Positions 1 to 12,060 of a stretch of 64,000 bases of DNA are shown piece after piece. The notes under the pieces are model-generated. The model was given only the letters and a program-made list of their open reading frames with translations. It made no database searches and was not told where the DNA came from. This stretch comes from Eledone cirrhosa (lineage: Eukaryota): assembly GCA_964016885.1 (NCBI GenBank), contig OZ024750.1, forward strand, positions 18,848,001 to 18,912,000. Direction: 5' to 3'. Made by a program: the position numbers and the translations under genes. Numbering within the stretch: position 1 is the first letter of the stretch; every line of letters starts with the position of its first letter.

Positions 1-27
1 CATATACTCCTTTTTTATCCATATATT

Positions 28-362
28 TCATCATCATCTCATTTTACGTCCACTTTTCCCTGCTTGCAAGGGTGGGACGGGAACTGATTCTGGCTTGATT
101 TCTACAGCTGGATGCCTTTCCTAACACCAACCTCATTTACAGTGAGTGCTGGGTGCTTTTTTGCCGTGGCACCTCCACAACCACTTTGCAGTGGAATGAT
201 AGGGACCCCAGTCCCTATCATCTCATTTCTACAGCTGAGTAAACTGGAGCAATGTGAAATAAAGTGTCTTGCTCAAGGAAACAACACATCACCCGGTCTG
301 AGAATTGAACTCATAACCTTTTGATTGCAAGGCCAATGCTCTAACCACTAAGCCATGTGCCT
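28..362 (-). mobile_element. tRNA-derived SINE (CORE-like head, RTE-type 3' tail ending in (GAT)n), degenerate
   Basis: Minus strand reads a tRNA-like head (TGGCTTAGTGGTTAGAGCATTGG...GAGTTCAATTCTC), then CCTTGAGCAAGACACTTTATTTCAC, then GTTAGGAAAGGCATCCAGC and ...GGACGTAAAA-(GAT)n. Similar head at 56635-56760 (+). Confidence 0.7.
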
Positions 363-461
363 CCATATATTGGGTAAAATATACAGGATGTGCCTATGTG
401 TTCCTATGTATGTTAATATGTGTGTGTGTACCTAGACAATGAATTAGTGGATTCAGTACAG

Positions 462-1099
462 TAGAGGTTCTCAAACTTTTTTGGCCCACTGTGCCCCCTC
501 AGCACCCCAAGCCTATTTCCAGAGAGACCTACTAATATGCTAATTGTAAATAATATATAATAAATTAAATAGTTAATTTATATGTAATAAATGATATAAT
601 ATATACTATGTATAAATAAATGTTATATATTTTTTATTCTACTATATTTTTTTAAATTCTACTATACACTGAGGATGAAGAACTGAGAGCTGTAAGGGAG
701 CCTCCCAAAAGTCAACTCAAAAGTAACACAGAGTAGACTGAGGTTAGCTGGACATGCTCACCGACATCCAGAGTTGACACTGCACTCAGTGCTCCTGTGG
801 GAGTCCCTACACGGACCCACTAGAAGAGAGAGACTGGGGTTGACATATGTTGATGCCCTAAGGACAGACACAGGTCTCTTGGAAACACAGGACATGGCAT
901 CGATGATGAGGGACAGAGACTGCTGGAGAGAACTTGTCCATGGATCTCGGGAATTTTACCCACTCTAGATATATAATATTTATCATTTGATATTTAATAT
1001 GCTATTATATCATCTCTACCACCCATTAGGCCCCAGCGCCCCCCTGGACCTTCTCAACACCCCCCCGAGGGGTGGTAGCACCCACTTAGAGAACCTCTG
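462..1099. mobile_element. hAT-type MITE interrupted by an RTE LINE fragment
   Basis: Imperfect terminal inverted repeats (TAGAGGTTCTCAAACT ... CACTTAGAGAACCTCTG). Internal duplicated TTCTACTATA borders the LINE piece. No clean 8-bp TSD seen. Confidence 0.5.
670..968 (+). mobile_element. RTE-clade LINE, 3' end remnant
   Basis: Translation RLRLAGHAHRHPE...VLLWE..HG...R.....TYVD.L..DTGL......M.DR..WR matches the typical post-RT C-terminus of RTE elements. Confidence 0.8.
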
Positions 1100-1344
1100 G
1101 TTTAGAACATAGAAAAAAAATGCCTCACAATATTCATTTTGACTCCTTATGTTCTGAGTTGAAGTCCTGCTGTGGGCTACTTAGGTGGTAGACTGGTCTT
1201 TGGATGCCTTTAACAGAGTTTAGGTAAGTGAGATGCAGGCTCCCAATTCATGAGAGGGGTCTATAGCTGTGCTTGATTACTGACTTGATCTGTGACTACT
1301 TAACCAACCCTTGCTATTACCTCAGTACATGCAATTACCTCAGT

Positions 1345-1482
1345 ACATGACTGGTACTTTATTTCATTGACCCCATAAGGATGAAAAGCCAAGTTAACCT
1401 CGGCGGTATTTGAACTCAGAACGTAAAGAGGCGTAACTCTATGCTGCAAAGCATGGCATCCGAACCTCTACTGATACTGCCA
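1345..1482 (-). mobile_element. Nin/Deu-domain tRNA SINE copy
   Basis: Reverse complement of the family consensus (TGGCAGTATC..GAGTTCAAAT.CCGCCGAGGTTAAC..CTTTTCATCCTTATGGGGTC). Confidence 0.8.
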
Positions 1483-1624
1483 AAATGATGATATGTGTAT
1501 GTATATGTGTGTGTATGTGTGTTGGTGTGTATGTGTGTGTGTATATATGCATGTATGTATGCCTACCAATAAGGTTAACCTTGTCTTTTACCCTCTCAGT
1601 GTTGATAAATACAGTACCTGTTAA

Positions 1625-2155
1625 GAACTGGGCTCAGTTCTTCTCTCCCCCTCTCTCTCTCTCTCTAAGACTGGGGGTCAGTTCTTCTTTCCCCCTCTCT
1701 CTCTCTCTCTATGACTAGGGCCAGTTCTTCTCTCCACCCCTCTCTCTAGGACTGGGGTCAGTTCTTCTCCTCCTCCCCCCTCTCTCTCTCTCTCTGACTA
1801 GAGTCAGTTCTTCTCCACCCCACCCCACCCCCCCTCTCTCTCTCTAGGACTGGGGTCAGTTCTTCTCCTCCTCCCCCTCTCTCTCTCTCTCTGACTAGAG
1901 TCAGTTCTTCTCCACCCCACCCCACCCCCCTCTCTCTCTAGGACTGGGGTCAGTTCTTCTCCTCCTCCCTCTCTCTCTCTCTCTCTCTCTGACTAGAGTC
2001 AGTTCTTCTCCCCCTCCCCCTCACTCTCTATGACTAGGGTCAGTTCTTCTCTCCTCCTCCTCTCTATGACTAGGGTCAGTTCTTCTCCACCCACCCACCC
2101 CTCTCTCTCTCTCTAAGACTGGGGGTCAGTTCTTCTCTCCCACCCTCTCTCTTTC
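1625..2155. repeat. Compound minisatellite: GACT(A/G)GGGTCAGTTCTTCTC + C-tract + (CT)n units
   Basis: About 12 visible copies of GACTGGGGTCAGTTCTTCTC separated by variable C/CT tracts. Confidence 0.9.
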
Positions 2156-2266
2156 TCTTACTTGGAGAAATCAGCTATGGTTATGCCAGGAGAGACATCA
2201 TATGCTCAGTAAGTACAGTCATGGCTGTGAAGTTAAAGAGTTCTCTTCACAACTATTATATGTTTC

Positions 2267-2666
2267 GGATTGGCAGTATCGGTAGAGGGTCGGACGTCAT
2301 GCTTTCCAGCATAGTTACGTCCCTTTACGATCTGAGTTCAAATCCCGCCGAGGTTGACTTTGCCTTTCATCCTTATGGGGTCGATAAAATAAAGTACCAG
2401 TAATGTACTGAGGTTGATTTAATTGACTTTCCCCTCTCCCATATTACTGGCCTTGTGCTTATACTAGAAATCATTATGGCGGTGGATTGGCAGTATCGGT
2501 AGAGGGTCGGACGCCATGCTTTCCAGCATAGTTACGTCCCTTTACGATCTGAGTTCAAATCCCGCCGAGGTTGACTTTGCCTTTCATCCTTATGGGGTAG
2601 ATAAAATAAAGTACCAGTAATGCACTGGGTAATTGTTGGCCTTGTGCCTAAAGTAGAAACAATTAT
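2267..2666 (+). mobile_element. Tandem dimer of Nin/Deu-domain tRNA SINEs inserted into an older SINE
   Basis: Two monomers (start 2267 and ~2478), each with A box TGGCAGTATCGG, B box GAGTTCAAATCCC and core GCCTTTCATCCTTATGGGGT.GATAAAATAAAGTACCAG. Flanked by direct repeat ATTATATGTTTC (2255-2266 / 2662-2673). Confidence 0.9.
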
Positions 2667-2751
2667 ATGTTTCAGGTTCTGTTCCTGCCTTCTACTCACC
2701 AATGTCTTGTGAGTGAAATTTTGTTGACATAAACTGCACAGAAGCCAGGTG

Positions 2752-2941
2752 TACACACACACACACGCATACACACACGCATACACACACGCACACGCAC
2801 ACACGCGCACACGCACACGCACACACACACGCACACGCACACACGCACACGCACACGCACACGCACACACGCACACGCGCACACACGCACACGCACGCAC
2901 ACGCACACGCACACGCACACGCACACACACACACACACACA
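2752..2941. repeat. (CA)n/(CACG)n microsatellite
   Basis: Direct reading. Confidence 0.95.
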
Positions 2942-2949
2942 TTTGTCAG

Positions 2950-3478
2950 CTCCCACCCACTCCACCATCATCATTGGCAACATTCTCATCAACACAATCA
3001 TCGTTCTCATTGCTGCTACTACCACCACCACCACCACAGCCATCATCATCATCATCATCATCATCATCGTCGTCAACATCTTCATCATCATAATCATTGC
3101 TGCCACCAACTCCATCACCATCACCATAACAACCGCCACTAATATTACCCCACCACCACCACCACCACCACCGCCACCGCATCCATCAGAGACAAGATGT
3201 CTGTTTTATGTTTACCCAGACCACACCTGACACCTTACCAACTACACAGAACATTTCAAGGTTGGAATAGTAGTATAAAGGAAATAGTATGTCTGGTTAA
3301 ACATTGGTGGTGGTGGTGGTGGTGGTGGTGGTAGTGGTATGGTGGTGGTGGTGATGGTGCTGGTGTTGGTTGTTGTGATGGTGCTGCTGGTAGCAGTGGT
3401 GGTGGTGGTGGTGGTGGTGGTGGTATGGTGGCGGTATGGTGGTGGTGGTGGTGGTGGTGGTGGTGGTGGTGGTGGTGG

Positions 3479-3509
<31 letters not shown>

Positions 3510-3617
3510 GTTGGTTGTTGTGATGGTGCTGCTGGTAGCAGTGATGGTGGTGGTGGTGGTGGTGGTGGTACGGTGGTGGTATGGTGGTGGTGGTGGTGGT
3601 GGTGGTGGTGGTGGTGG

Positions 3618-3648
<31 letters not shown>

Positions 3649-3890
3649 GTTGGTTGTTGTGATGGTGCTGCTGATAGCAGTGGTGGTGGTGGTGGTGGTG
3701 GTGGTGGTATGGTGGTGGTATGGTGGTGGTATGGTGGTGGTGGTGCTGGTTGTTGTGATGGTGATGCTGGTAGCAGTGGTGGTGGTGGTGGTGGTGGTGG
3801 TGGTATGGTGGTGCTGGTGCTGGTTGTTGTGATGGTGCTGCTGGTAGCAATGGTGGTGGTAGTCCTGATGAGGATGATGATGATGATGAT
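2950..3890. repeat. (CAT)n/(CAC)n then (TGG)n trinucleotide tracts with higher-order repeats
   Basis: Direct reading; source of the poly-H/P/T/V/G ORFs. Confidence 0.95.
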
Positions 3891-3894
3891 TTCT

Positions 3895-4275
3895 TTCTAA
3901 TATTAGCCCAAGGTAAGCAATTTGGAGGAGAAAGGGGAAAGTCAATTATATTGACCTAGTATCTAACTGGTACTTTATTTTATAGACCCCATAAGGGTGA
4001 ATGTCAAAATTGGCATCAGCAAGATTCAAACTCAGAACATAGAGGGTCATAACTAAATACAGTAAAGCATTTTGTCTTATGCTCCACTGATTCTGCCAGC
4101 CCACTGCACTAATGATGATGATAATAATTGTTTCTACTTTAGGCACAAGGCTAGCAATTCTTTTTGGGGGGAAAGTCGATTACATCGACCCCCACTGCAT
4201 TACTGGTTCTTTATTTTATCAACACCAGAAGGATGAAAGGCAAAGCTAATCTCAGCGGGATTTGAACTCAGAACG
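3895..4275 (-). mobile_element. Two degenerate Nin-domain SINE copies
   Basis: CTGGTACTTTATTTTAT..ACCCC..AGG.TGAA and GGATGAAAGGCAAAG..AAT.TC.GCGGGATTTGAACTCAG are the reverse complement of the family core. Confidence 0.75.
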
Positions 4276-4460
4276 TTGATGAGGAAGACAAAGACTTAGC
4301 AGAGACAATAACAACAACAACAACAATAACAACAGAACTGTAGCAACAGAATTTACAATTTAGTATTACTATTACACTGCAATAATGCAAATGAAAAATC
4401 CCACCCAGGTTAAATTTGTTTACCTTAAAGGTGATTATGTAAAATATAATACCAGTAACA

Positions 4461-4818
4461 TACGAGGGCAATCCCAAATTTCAATATTGCAATTTTTCCG
4501 TTAAAATCCTGTGGATGGTGCTTCGGGAAACCTCAGGAACCAAAATGCAGAGAGCATCCAGAGTGATCCGCCAATCTTTACGCATGTTTTCCTCGGAAGG
4601 AGACCTTACTTTTCGGATTGCCCTTGTATATAATAACTGTGCGAAATTCGCACTTGGCTGCGGTAGCGTTCAAAAGATTGAGCATCCCATCAAAGTGCAC
4701 ACATGCTTGTTTGGGAGTGAAGGAAGCACCAATCACAACAGTGTTGCCAACAGCTGTACAAATAGTTTCTCTGCGTCCCTATCGCTTTGGAGACCTTACA
4801 TTTGGGATTACCCTCGTA
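4461..4818 (-). mobile_element. Mariner-type DNA transposon remnant (TIR copies plus transposase N-terminal fragment)
   Basis: TIR-like TACGAGGG(C/T)AATCC at 4461 (+) and at 4628 and 4818 (-). Minus strand encodes ATAAKCEFRTVI, resembling the mariner N-terminal AKCEVR.VI motif. Confidence 0.6.
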
Positions 4819-5276
4819 TATATGTATGGTCCGATAACTTCGAATGGAGTTGTAGTGGCACCATATTGACATACAGCATTTCTAGAGCATTTTTAAACCT
4901 GGTGGAGCACAGCAGATTCCTTCCAGAGAAAGATAGAGAATGAGAAAATGGAAGTGAGGAAGAGATATAGAGGAAGAATCAACCCCAGTAATAGACTGGT
5001 ACTTTTTTTTATCAACCTTGAAAGGATGAAAGGAAAAGCTGACCTTGGTAGGATTTGAACTCAGAAAGCAGAGAGCCAGAATGAATACCTCAAAGCATTC
5101 TACTCAGCGTTCTAACAACTTTGCCAGATCGCCACCTTGACCAGTAATATACTGAGGTTGAATTAGATTACTAGACTTGTTCTAATTATTTTTAACACTT
5201 TTGATATGAAACTGCACAGAACCCTAAAACTACCCCTGGAACTGTGACACAGTTGTTTCCATATTTATTTTAAAAA

Positions 5277-6050
5277 ATCTGGCCTTGACCTATCACCAGT
5301 TGAAATGGGGCTTACATTTGACATCTGGCCTTGACCTATCTCCAGTTGAAATGGGGCTTACATTTGACATCTGGCCTTGACCTATCAGCAGTTGAAATGG
5401 GGCTTACATTTGACATCTGGCCTTGACCTATCTCCAGTTGAAATGGGGCTTACATTTGACATCTGGCCTTGACCTATCTCCAGTTGAAATGGGGCTTACA
5501 TTTGACATCTGGCCTTGACCTATCACCAGTTGAAATGGGGCTTACATTTGACATCTGGCCTTGACCTATCTCCAGTTGAAATGGGGCTTACATTTGACAT
5601 CTGGCCTTAACCTATCAGCAGTTGAAATGGGGCTTACATTTGACATCTGGCCTTGACCTATCACCAGTTGAAATGGGGCTTACATTTGACATCTGGCCTT
5701 GACCTATCAGCAGTTGAAATGGGGCTTACATTTGACATCTGGCCTTAACCTATCTCCAGTTGAAATGGGGCTTACATTTGACATCTGGCCTTGACCTATC
5801 AGCAGTTGAAATGGGGCTTACATTTGACATCTGGCCTTGACCTATCAGCAGTTGAAATGGGGCTTACATTTGACATCTGGCCTTGACCTATCAGCAGTTG
5901 AAATGGGGCTTACATTTGACATCTGGCCCTGACCTATCACCAGTTGAAATGGGGCCTTCATTTGACATCTGGCCATATTAGTTGAAATGGGGCCTACATT
6001 TGACATCTGGCTTTGATCTATTATGAGTTGAAATGAGACTCATCTGACCA
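5277..6050. repeat. 46-bp minisatellite, 15 near-identical units plus a degenerate end
   Basis: Unit ATCTGGCCTTGACCTATC(AC/TC/AG)CAGTTGAAATGGGGCTTACATTTGAC; starts at 5277, 5323 ... 5967. Confidence 0.95.
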
Positions 6051-6489
6051 TAACCTATTACTAGTTGTGCACGTCTCTGTTTACATGAGGCAATTGTTTT
6101 TAAATAGATATGATGTAATGAAGACTCAATTGACACAATGACTACACCCTCTTGTTTGTTTACACATATGTGCCAGGCTTTCATTGAGAGCAAGTTAGTT
6201 CAAGTTAGCTGTTGCTGGTGCTATTGCTGCAACATTTTCACCTGTGCAATGATGTAACTGGGAAATATTAGAAGCATACATCATCAGATAAACAAACTTA
6301 CTCAGCTCTTGCACTTGGTGAACTCTGCAAAATCATTAACAACAACAACAACAGTAATGATAACAGTGACAACAACTACAACAATAGCAACAACATCGTT
6401 GCTAGGAAACAGATCGATTTGAAGTAAATAACACAGACATAGATCAATTAATAAATGAGACAGACAGATAATAATAATAATAATAATAA

Positions 6490-6912
6490 TAATAATTGTT
6501 TCTACTTTAGGCACAAGGCCAGCAATTACCCAGTACATTACTGGTACTTTATTTTATCGACCCCGTAAGGATGAAAGGCAATGTTAACCTCGGCAGGATT
6601 TGAACTCAGAATGGCAAGGGCCGTAACTCTATGTGACAAAGCATAGCGTACGACCCTCTACTGATACTGCCAATTATTATTTGGTCTCCCAACCCCTGAG
6701 GGCGGAGGATTAGCAGTATCAGAAGAGGGTCGGATGCAATGCTTTGCAGCATAGAGTTACGGCTTTATGATCTGAGTTCAAATCCCATCAAGGTTAACTT
6801 TACCTTTCATCCTTATGCGGTCGATAAAATAAAGTACCAGTCATGCGCTGAGGTTGGTTTAATTGACTTTCCCCTCACCCCGAAAATTGCCGGCCTTGTG
6901 CCTAAGAAACCA
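6490..6912. mobile_element. Head-to-head pair of Nin-domain SINEs (minus 6490-6672, plus 6700-6912)
   Basis: Family consensus on both strands, separated by ~28 bp. Confidence 0.85.
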
Positions 6913-7386
6913 TTATTTGGTTCCCCCTCACCCTCCATTGGGGAATTTGTTTTTGTTTCTATTTTTTTGTTACATCTTTTGTTCTTGTGCTTCCTTTTAT
7001 ACATGCAGAAACCCATATTTGTATCATCCTGTATCATCCTTAATGGTTTCCTTTATGTAAACCCTTGTCGTTAATAAAGAAATCATCATTATGTATAATT
7101 TTTTATCAACTTCACAGTGGGATGTGCTGATGAAATATTATCTCTAAAAAGATGGAGGTAGTCCTAAAAAGTTTGGAAACTCTGATCTACTTTCTCTTCC
7201 TCATCATCATTTTACATCTAAAAATTTCAAGTAAAGTCAACTTGGCTTTTCATCCTTCTGAAATCAAAAATAACATACCAGTAAAGTACTGGGGTTGATT
7301 CAATCAATTTTCTTCTTTGTCATTGCCCAAATTTATAGCCTTGTGCTAAAATTAGAAACAATTATTATTATAATTCACATTAACAA

Positions 7387-7830
7387 GGGCAGCGGATTGG
7401 CAGTATCAGTAGAGTGTTAGACAACATGCTTCGTGGCATAAAGTTACGGCCCTTTATGTTCTGTGTTCAAATTCTGCCAAGGTTAACTTTGCCTTTCATC
7501 CTTACGGGGTCGATAAAATAAAGCACCAGTAATACACTGGGGTCGATTTAATCGACTTTCCCCTCCCCTTTAAATTGCTGGCCTTGTGCCTATAGTAGAA
7601 AATTATAATTAACATTATTATTAATACCAGGTGTGGATTGGGCAGTGGATTGGCAGTATCGGTAGAGAGTCGGACGTCATGCTTTCCAGCATAGTTATGT
7701 CCCTTTACGATCCGAGTTCAAATCCCGCCGAGGTTGACTTTGCCTTTCATCCTTACGGGGTCGATAAAATAAAGCACCAGTAATACACTGGGTAATTGCT
7801 GGCCTTGTGCCTAAAGTAGAAACAATTATT
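7387..7830 (+). mobile_element. Two tandem Nin-domain SINEs; the second has an 18-bp TSD
   Basis: A/B boxes and core in both copies. Direct repeat ATTATTAATACCAGGTGT at 7617-7634 and 7825-7842. Confidence 0.9.
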
Positions 7831-8179
7831 AATACCAGGTGTTGAAGAAGGCTTCTTATTACGAAGTTGGTAGATGGTCTGCCAGAACACTTTATTCTGA
7901 AGTCGAACTTCGGCTTAACCCCCAAATCCTCCCATGTCTTAACTTTGAACGCCTTTACAGTCTCTGCTGTGATTCATCATGCCTGCTTGCAAGGAGGAGG
8001 ACTTATTTCCAAGCCAAGCTTTGTAAGCTTCCTTCTTTGCTCGGATGGCATCTTTAACCTTTTGATTGAACCAAGGGGTCCTCATGCTTTCCAGCACCAC
8101 ACCAAGCCTCTTTCACCAGCAGCATTCTCCAAATTCTCCAGAGCTGCTACTTCTCCGAATTGAGAGATCACCACTCCAA

Positions 8180-8410
8180 TACTATGGGCATGTGGCTAGA
8201 ATGCCTCAGGGAAGAATTGCTTGACAGATTTTACAGGTAAAGCTAACCAGCAGGAGATCCAGGGGGCTAGACCCCCCCAAGCAAGATAGATGGATAACAT
8301 CCATGAACTTGGTTGGTCTTGCTTGGTGATCCAAATGGATCAGTTTGAGATGGTTGCTTCTGACAGGACCCGTTGGAAGGTGTGTTTCAAGACTCGGCCC
8401 CCCCACGACT
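8180..8410 (+). mobile_element. RTE-like LINE 3' remnant
   Basis: GH.ARMP....A.QIL......RSRG.P..R.MDNI....W..L......ASDRTRW-like translation across stops. Confidence 0.6.
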
Positions 8411-8417
8411 CTCTCAG

Positions 8418-8824
8418 GAAGAAGAAGAAGAAGAAGAAGAAGAAGAAGAAGAAGAAGAAGAAGAATGAAGAAGAAGAATGAAGAAGAAGAAGAAGAATGA
8501 AGTAGAAGAAGAAGAAGAAGAAGAAGAAAAAGAAGAAGAATGAAGAAGAAGAAGAAGAAGAAGAAGAAAAAGAAGAAGAAGAAGAAGAAGAAGAAGAAGA
8601 AGAAGAATGAAGAAGAAGAATGAAGAAGAAGAAGAAGAATGAAGTAGAAGAAGAAGAAGAAGAAGAAAAAGAAGAAGAATGAAGAAGAAGAAGAAGAAGA
8701 AGAAGAAGAAGAAGAAGAAGAAGAAGAATGAAGAAGAAGAAGAAGAAGAAGAAGAAGAAGAAGAAGAAGAATGAAGAAGAAGAAGAAGAAGAAGAAGAAG
8801 AAGAAGAAGAAGAAGAAGAAGAAG
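8418..8824. repeat. (GAA)n microsatellite with GAAT interruptions
   Basis: Direct reading. Confidence 0.95.
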
Positions 8825-9301
8825 ATTATCATTAATACTGTTGTTGTTGTCATTGCTGTTGTTTCTATTGTTCTTATTGATGTTGATGTTCTTATTGCTG
8901 TTGCTATTGCTGTTGTTGTTATTATAAGTAAAACAACAAACTTTATGACGACAAGTATGTAAAAATACAATAAACAAATTAATTATTCATAGCTAGGAAA
9001 TAGCTTCCAATGAGGAATGGAGACAGGAAATGGTGGGGAGGCACTGTGGGAAAAACAGGGAGGGATAGAAAAAAAACCCAGAGAGTATGTGTGTGAAAGA
9101 GAGAGAAGGAGAGAGAGAAAGAAAGGGGGAGACAAAGAGTGGGGGAGAGAGAGAAAAAGAGAGAGAGAGAGGGGATAGATAGATAGATACAGCATGAGAG
9201 AAATAGGTAGATAGGTAGGTTGATAGATAGATAGATTTCTTTATTAGCCACAAGGGCGCAACAAGAAAGGGGACAATACAAAGACATGCCAGGGATTTTA
9301 C

Positions 9302-9332
<31 letters not shown>

Positions 9333-9445
9333 TATTTCTTTATTAGCCACAGGGGCACAAAAGAAGGGGACAAATACAAAGGGGGAAGTTTACATACAAT
9401 AAAAACGTGTAAAATGTTATCACAGATGGAATTTAAAAGTTAGTC

Positions 9446-9483
<38 letters not shown>

Positions 9484-9726
9484 CAGATAGATAGAGAAAC
9501 AAAGAAAGAGAGAAAACCAGGTGAATGGGGATGAGATCATAGGTAGATGATAGATGTTTCAGAAACTTAGAAGATATCAATTATAGGAAGTGAATGTGTG
9601 TGTGGGGAATGAAGATGGTGAGCTAGGTGTGGAAGAGAGAGGGGGCTCCTAGAGTTTTGTTTACATCAATAAAGTTTGTTTGTGGATGTGTCATTCATGC
9701 CTTACCTCCCACTTCCACAAGTGTGT

Positions 9727-9761
<35 letters not shown>

Positions 9762-10046
9762 AGAAGGTAACACCTGAGCACTTTACACAATAATTTCATC
9801 ATTATTATTATTAAATAATCGAAGCTCTGGTTGTGAGCAAGCTAACGAATGCTGTCGGGAAGTGCAGCCAAAAGTACTCAATAAGGAATTTTACCTTAGA
9901 GTTATAGCATTACGTTTAGACAGGTATGGAAATTGAAGCCAGCGACCGAAATGTGAGCCACTAGGACCAGAACAACGAAAAAACCGACTCAGGGAAATGT
10001 TTGACAGTATATATATATATATGTGTATATAAATATATATATATAT

Positions 10047-10091
<45 letters not shown>

Positions 10092-10124
10092 TATATATAC
10101 ACACACACATATATATATATACAT

Positions 10125-10169
<45 letters not shown>

Positions 10170-10208
10170 TATACACATACATACACGTATATATATATAT
10201 ATATATAC

Positions 10209-10461
10209 AGATAGATAAATATACACGGGTGTGTATGATTGTGTATAGAAGATTATATTAATAAGAGGAATTCCAACTTTGTCTGATTTACTCGTTTTAT
10301 TTACAATCCTTTAAAATTTATAATGGTATTATAATGAAATAGTTCAATTAACACTTAACATTTAATATTCTACCATACAATTTCATTATAATACCATTAT
10401 AAATTTTAAAGGATTGTAAATAAAACGAGTAAATCAGACAAAGTTGGAATTCCTCTTATTA
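10209..10461. mobile_element. Palindromic (TA)n-inserted element, family A (Penelope-like end); sister of 53609-54040
   Basis: Inverted arms 10259-10341 / ~10380-10461. The unpaired tail 10209-10258 is the reverse complement of ~53990-54040. Flanked by (TA)n. Confidence 0.85.
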
Positions 10462-10486
10462 ATATATATATATATACATGTATATA

Positions 10487-10814
<328 letters not shown>

Positions 10815-10827
10815 CATATATATATAT

Positions 10828-10975
10828 AAGTTTATCCCGGGTTCAATCAGGGGTAACCACAGTAAGGAAGGTACTCAATACAAAGCAGAGTATAAATATC
10901 TAATATAGAAAGGCTTCTTCAGGACTAGAACCTGTCATTCCGGTTGGGGGGGGGGGGGGATCAGGAAGCAGCTGT
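10828..10975 (-). mobile_element. Family C Penelope-like end (degenerate hammerhead plus GTATTGAGTACC tail)
   Basis: Minus strand: GCTTCCTGAT-(C)n...GAATGACAGGTTCTAGTCCTGAAGAAGCC...GTATTGAGTACC..ACTGTGGTTACCCC.GATTGAACCCGGGATAAAC. Homologous to 54091-54200 and 60421-60540. Confidence 0.75.
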
Positions 10976-11451
10976 CCAAGTAATATGGTGGTATTTATAT
11001 CTTTTCTGGTGGTAGGAGAGGGTGGTGATTGGGATCTTCTGAAACTAAAAAAATCAATCTGTGAACGCAGAAGTAAATATTTCAAAAAACGTTGCAACCG
11101 AAGGAAAACAGGAAGTCGATACTTTGGTTTGTGAAGATGTTACCTGGCAATGAACGGGAAAAAGCGAAGAGAACAATTACACGCAAAGACAAAACCACGT
11201 TTATGGTATAAATGAAGTCATAGACTAATATTCTGATTTTGCACCAATAAAATTTTAAAGGAACATCACCAGTCCAGCCTCCGGTTATTTTAATTAAACC
11301 GATATTTAACTCCATTCCTCCACCAACCACAGGATTCAACGTCAAAGATGGATGAGTTCCATAACGTAGAGTTCTTTTCATACTAATACATCATGATTAA
11401 CTAAATGTAATAACCAGTTCTATCCAATGGTGAACCAGTAAACATAAATGA

Positions 11452-11479
<28 letters not shown>

Positions 11480-11482
<3 letters not shown>

Positions 11483-12060
11483 GATGGCTGCAAACTCGAT
11501 TTTGAGTAATGCCATCACTGGATACTTAAGCATGGGCATCACAAACGTGGGTTTTAATCCTGCTAGGGACTTGCCTATGGCCAGCAATACTATGCATCAC
11601 AAAAAATGTCACATATCAAGCGATGCCTGTGCTTGAAGCTTTTTTAAGTGAGGAAAGGCTTTGCACAGGGTCAATCCCACTCTCTGAACATTGAATGTAT
11701 TTGCCCAAAAAGAAGAACTGGTCTGCATCATTAGATGCAAATAAAGTCGCAGGTTTTATATCAGAATGACCTTCTCCTGGAGAGATGTTTTAATGAAGGC
11801 TAGGAGTCTCTCGCTCCACAAAAAAAAAAAACTTGATTGCATGGCTGTTGACTCTTCTGAGTTCCTCCGCCCTTTGAAGGGTTATGTTTTTCATCCCGCA
11901 GGGTGTTCAAAATCACCCTCCTCACGAAGCAAGCTTGGTGGGGTTGCCGGTTTACATCTTGATGGCGTAGGACAGAACAAAGGAGAGGCACAAAAACAAA
12001 GAAAAGAATCCCCAGTCACTGAAGAGGTCACAGAATGTGTGACGAAAGAACTTTGACAAT
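11480..12060 (-). mobile_element. Degenerate interspersed repeat, probably LINE-derived; homologous to 18760-18920
   Basis: 11838-11960 is the reverse complement of ~18775-18895 (AAAC.GGCAACC.CACCAA...GAGGGTGA.TTT...GGAGGAA.T.AGAAGAGTCAACAGCCATG). Confidence 0.55.

Noticed and set aside
2532-3945. ORFs of CV/HT/poly-H/poly-P/poly-G composition
   Set aside because: Translations of (CA)n and (TGG)n microsatellites, open in many frames.
5277-6010. CRISPR-like regularly spaced repeats
   Set aside because: Units are contiguous with no unique spacers and there are no cas genes; it is a eukaryotic minisatellite.
8206-8977. Poly-F/L/S/K ORFs
   Set aside because: (GAA)n repeat artefact.
9890-10007. 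Additional hammerhead between TA runs
   Set aside because: The tail motif is nearby, but I could not assemble a CUGANGA/GAAA core with consistent stems.
11082-11381. Penelope GIY-YIG C-terminus (HPSLTLNP)
   Set aside because: Only a vague P..LN similarity; no GIY/YIG or catalytic R/E spacing seen.
11640-11720. piggyBac cysteine-rich C-terminus on the minus strand
   Set aside because: Needs frameshifts and substitutions; adjacent sequence is homologous to a LINE-like repeat at 18.8 kb, so the assignment is not supportable.
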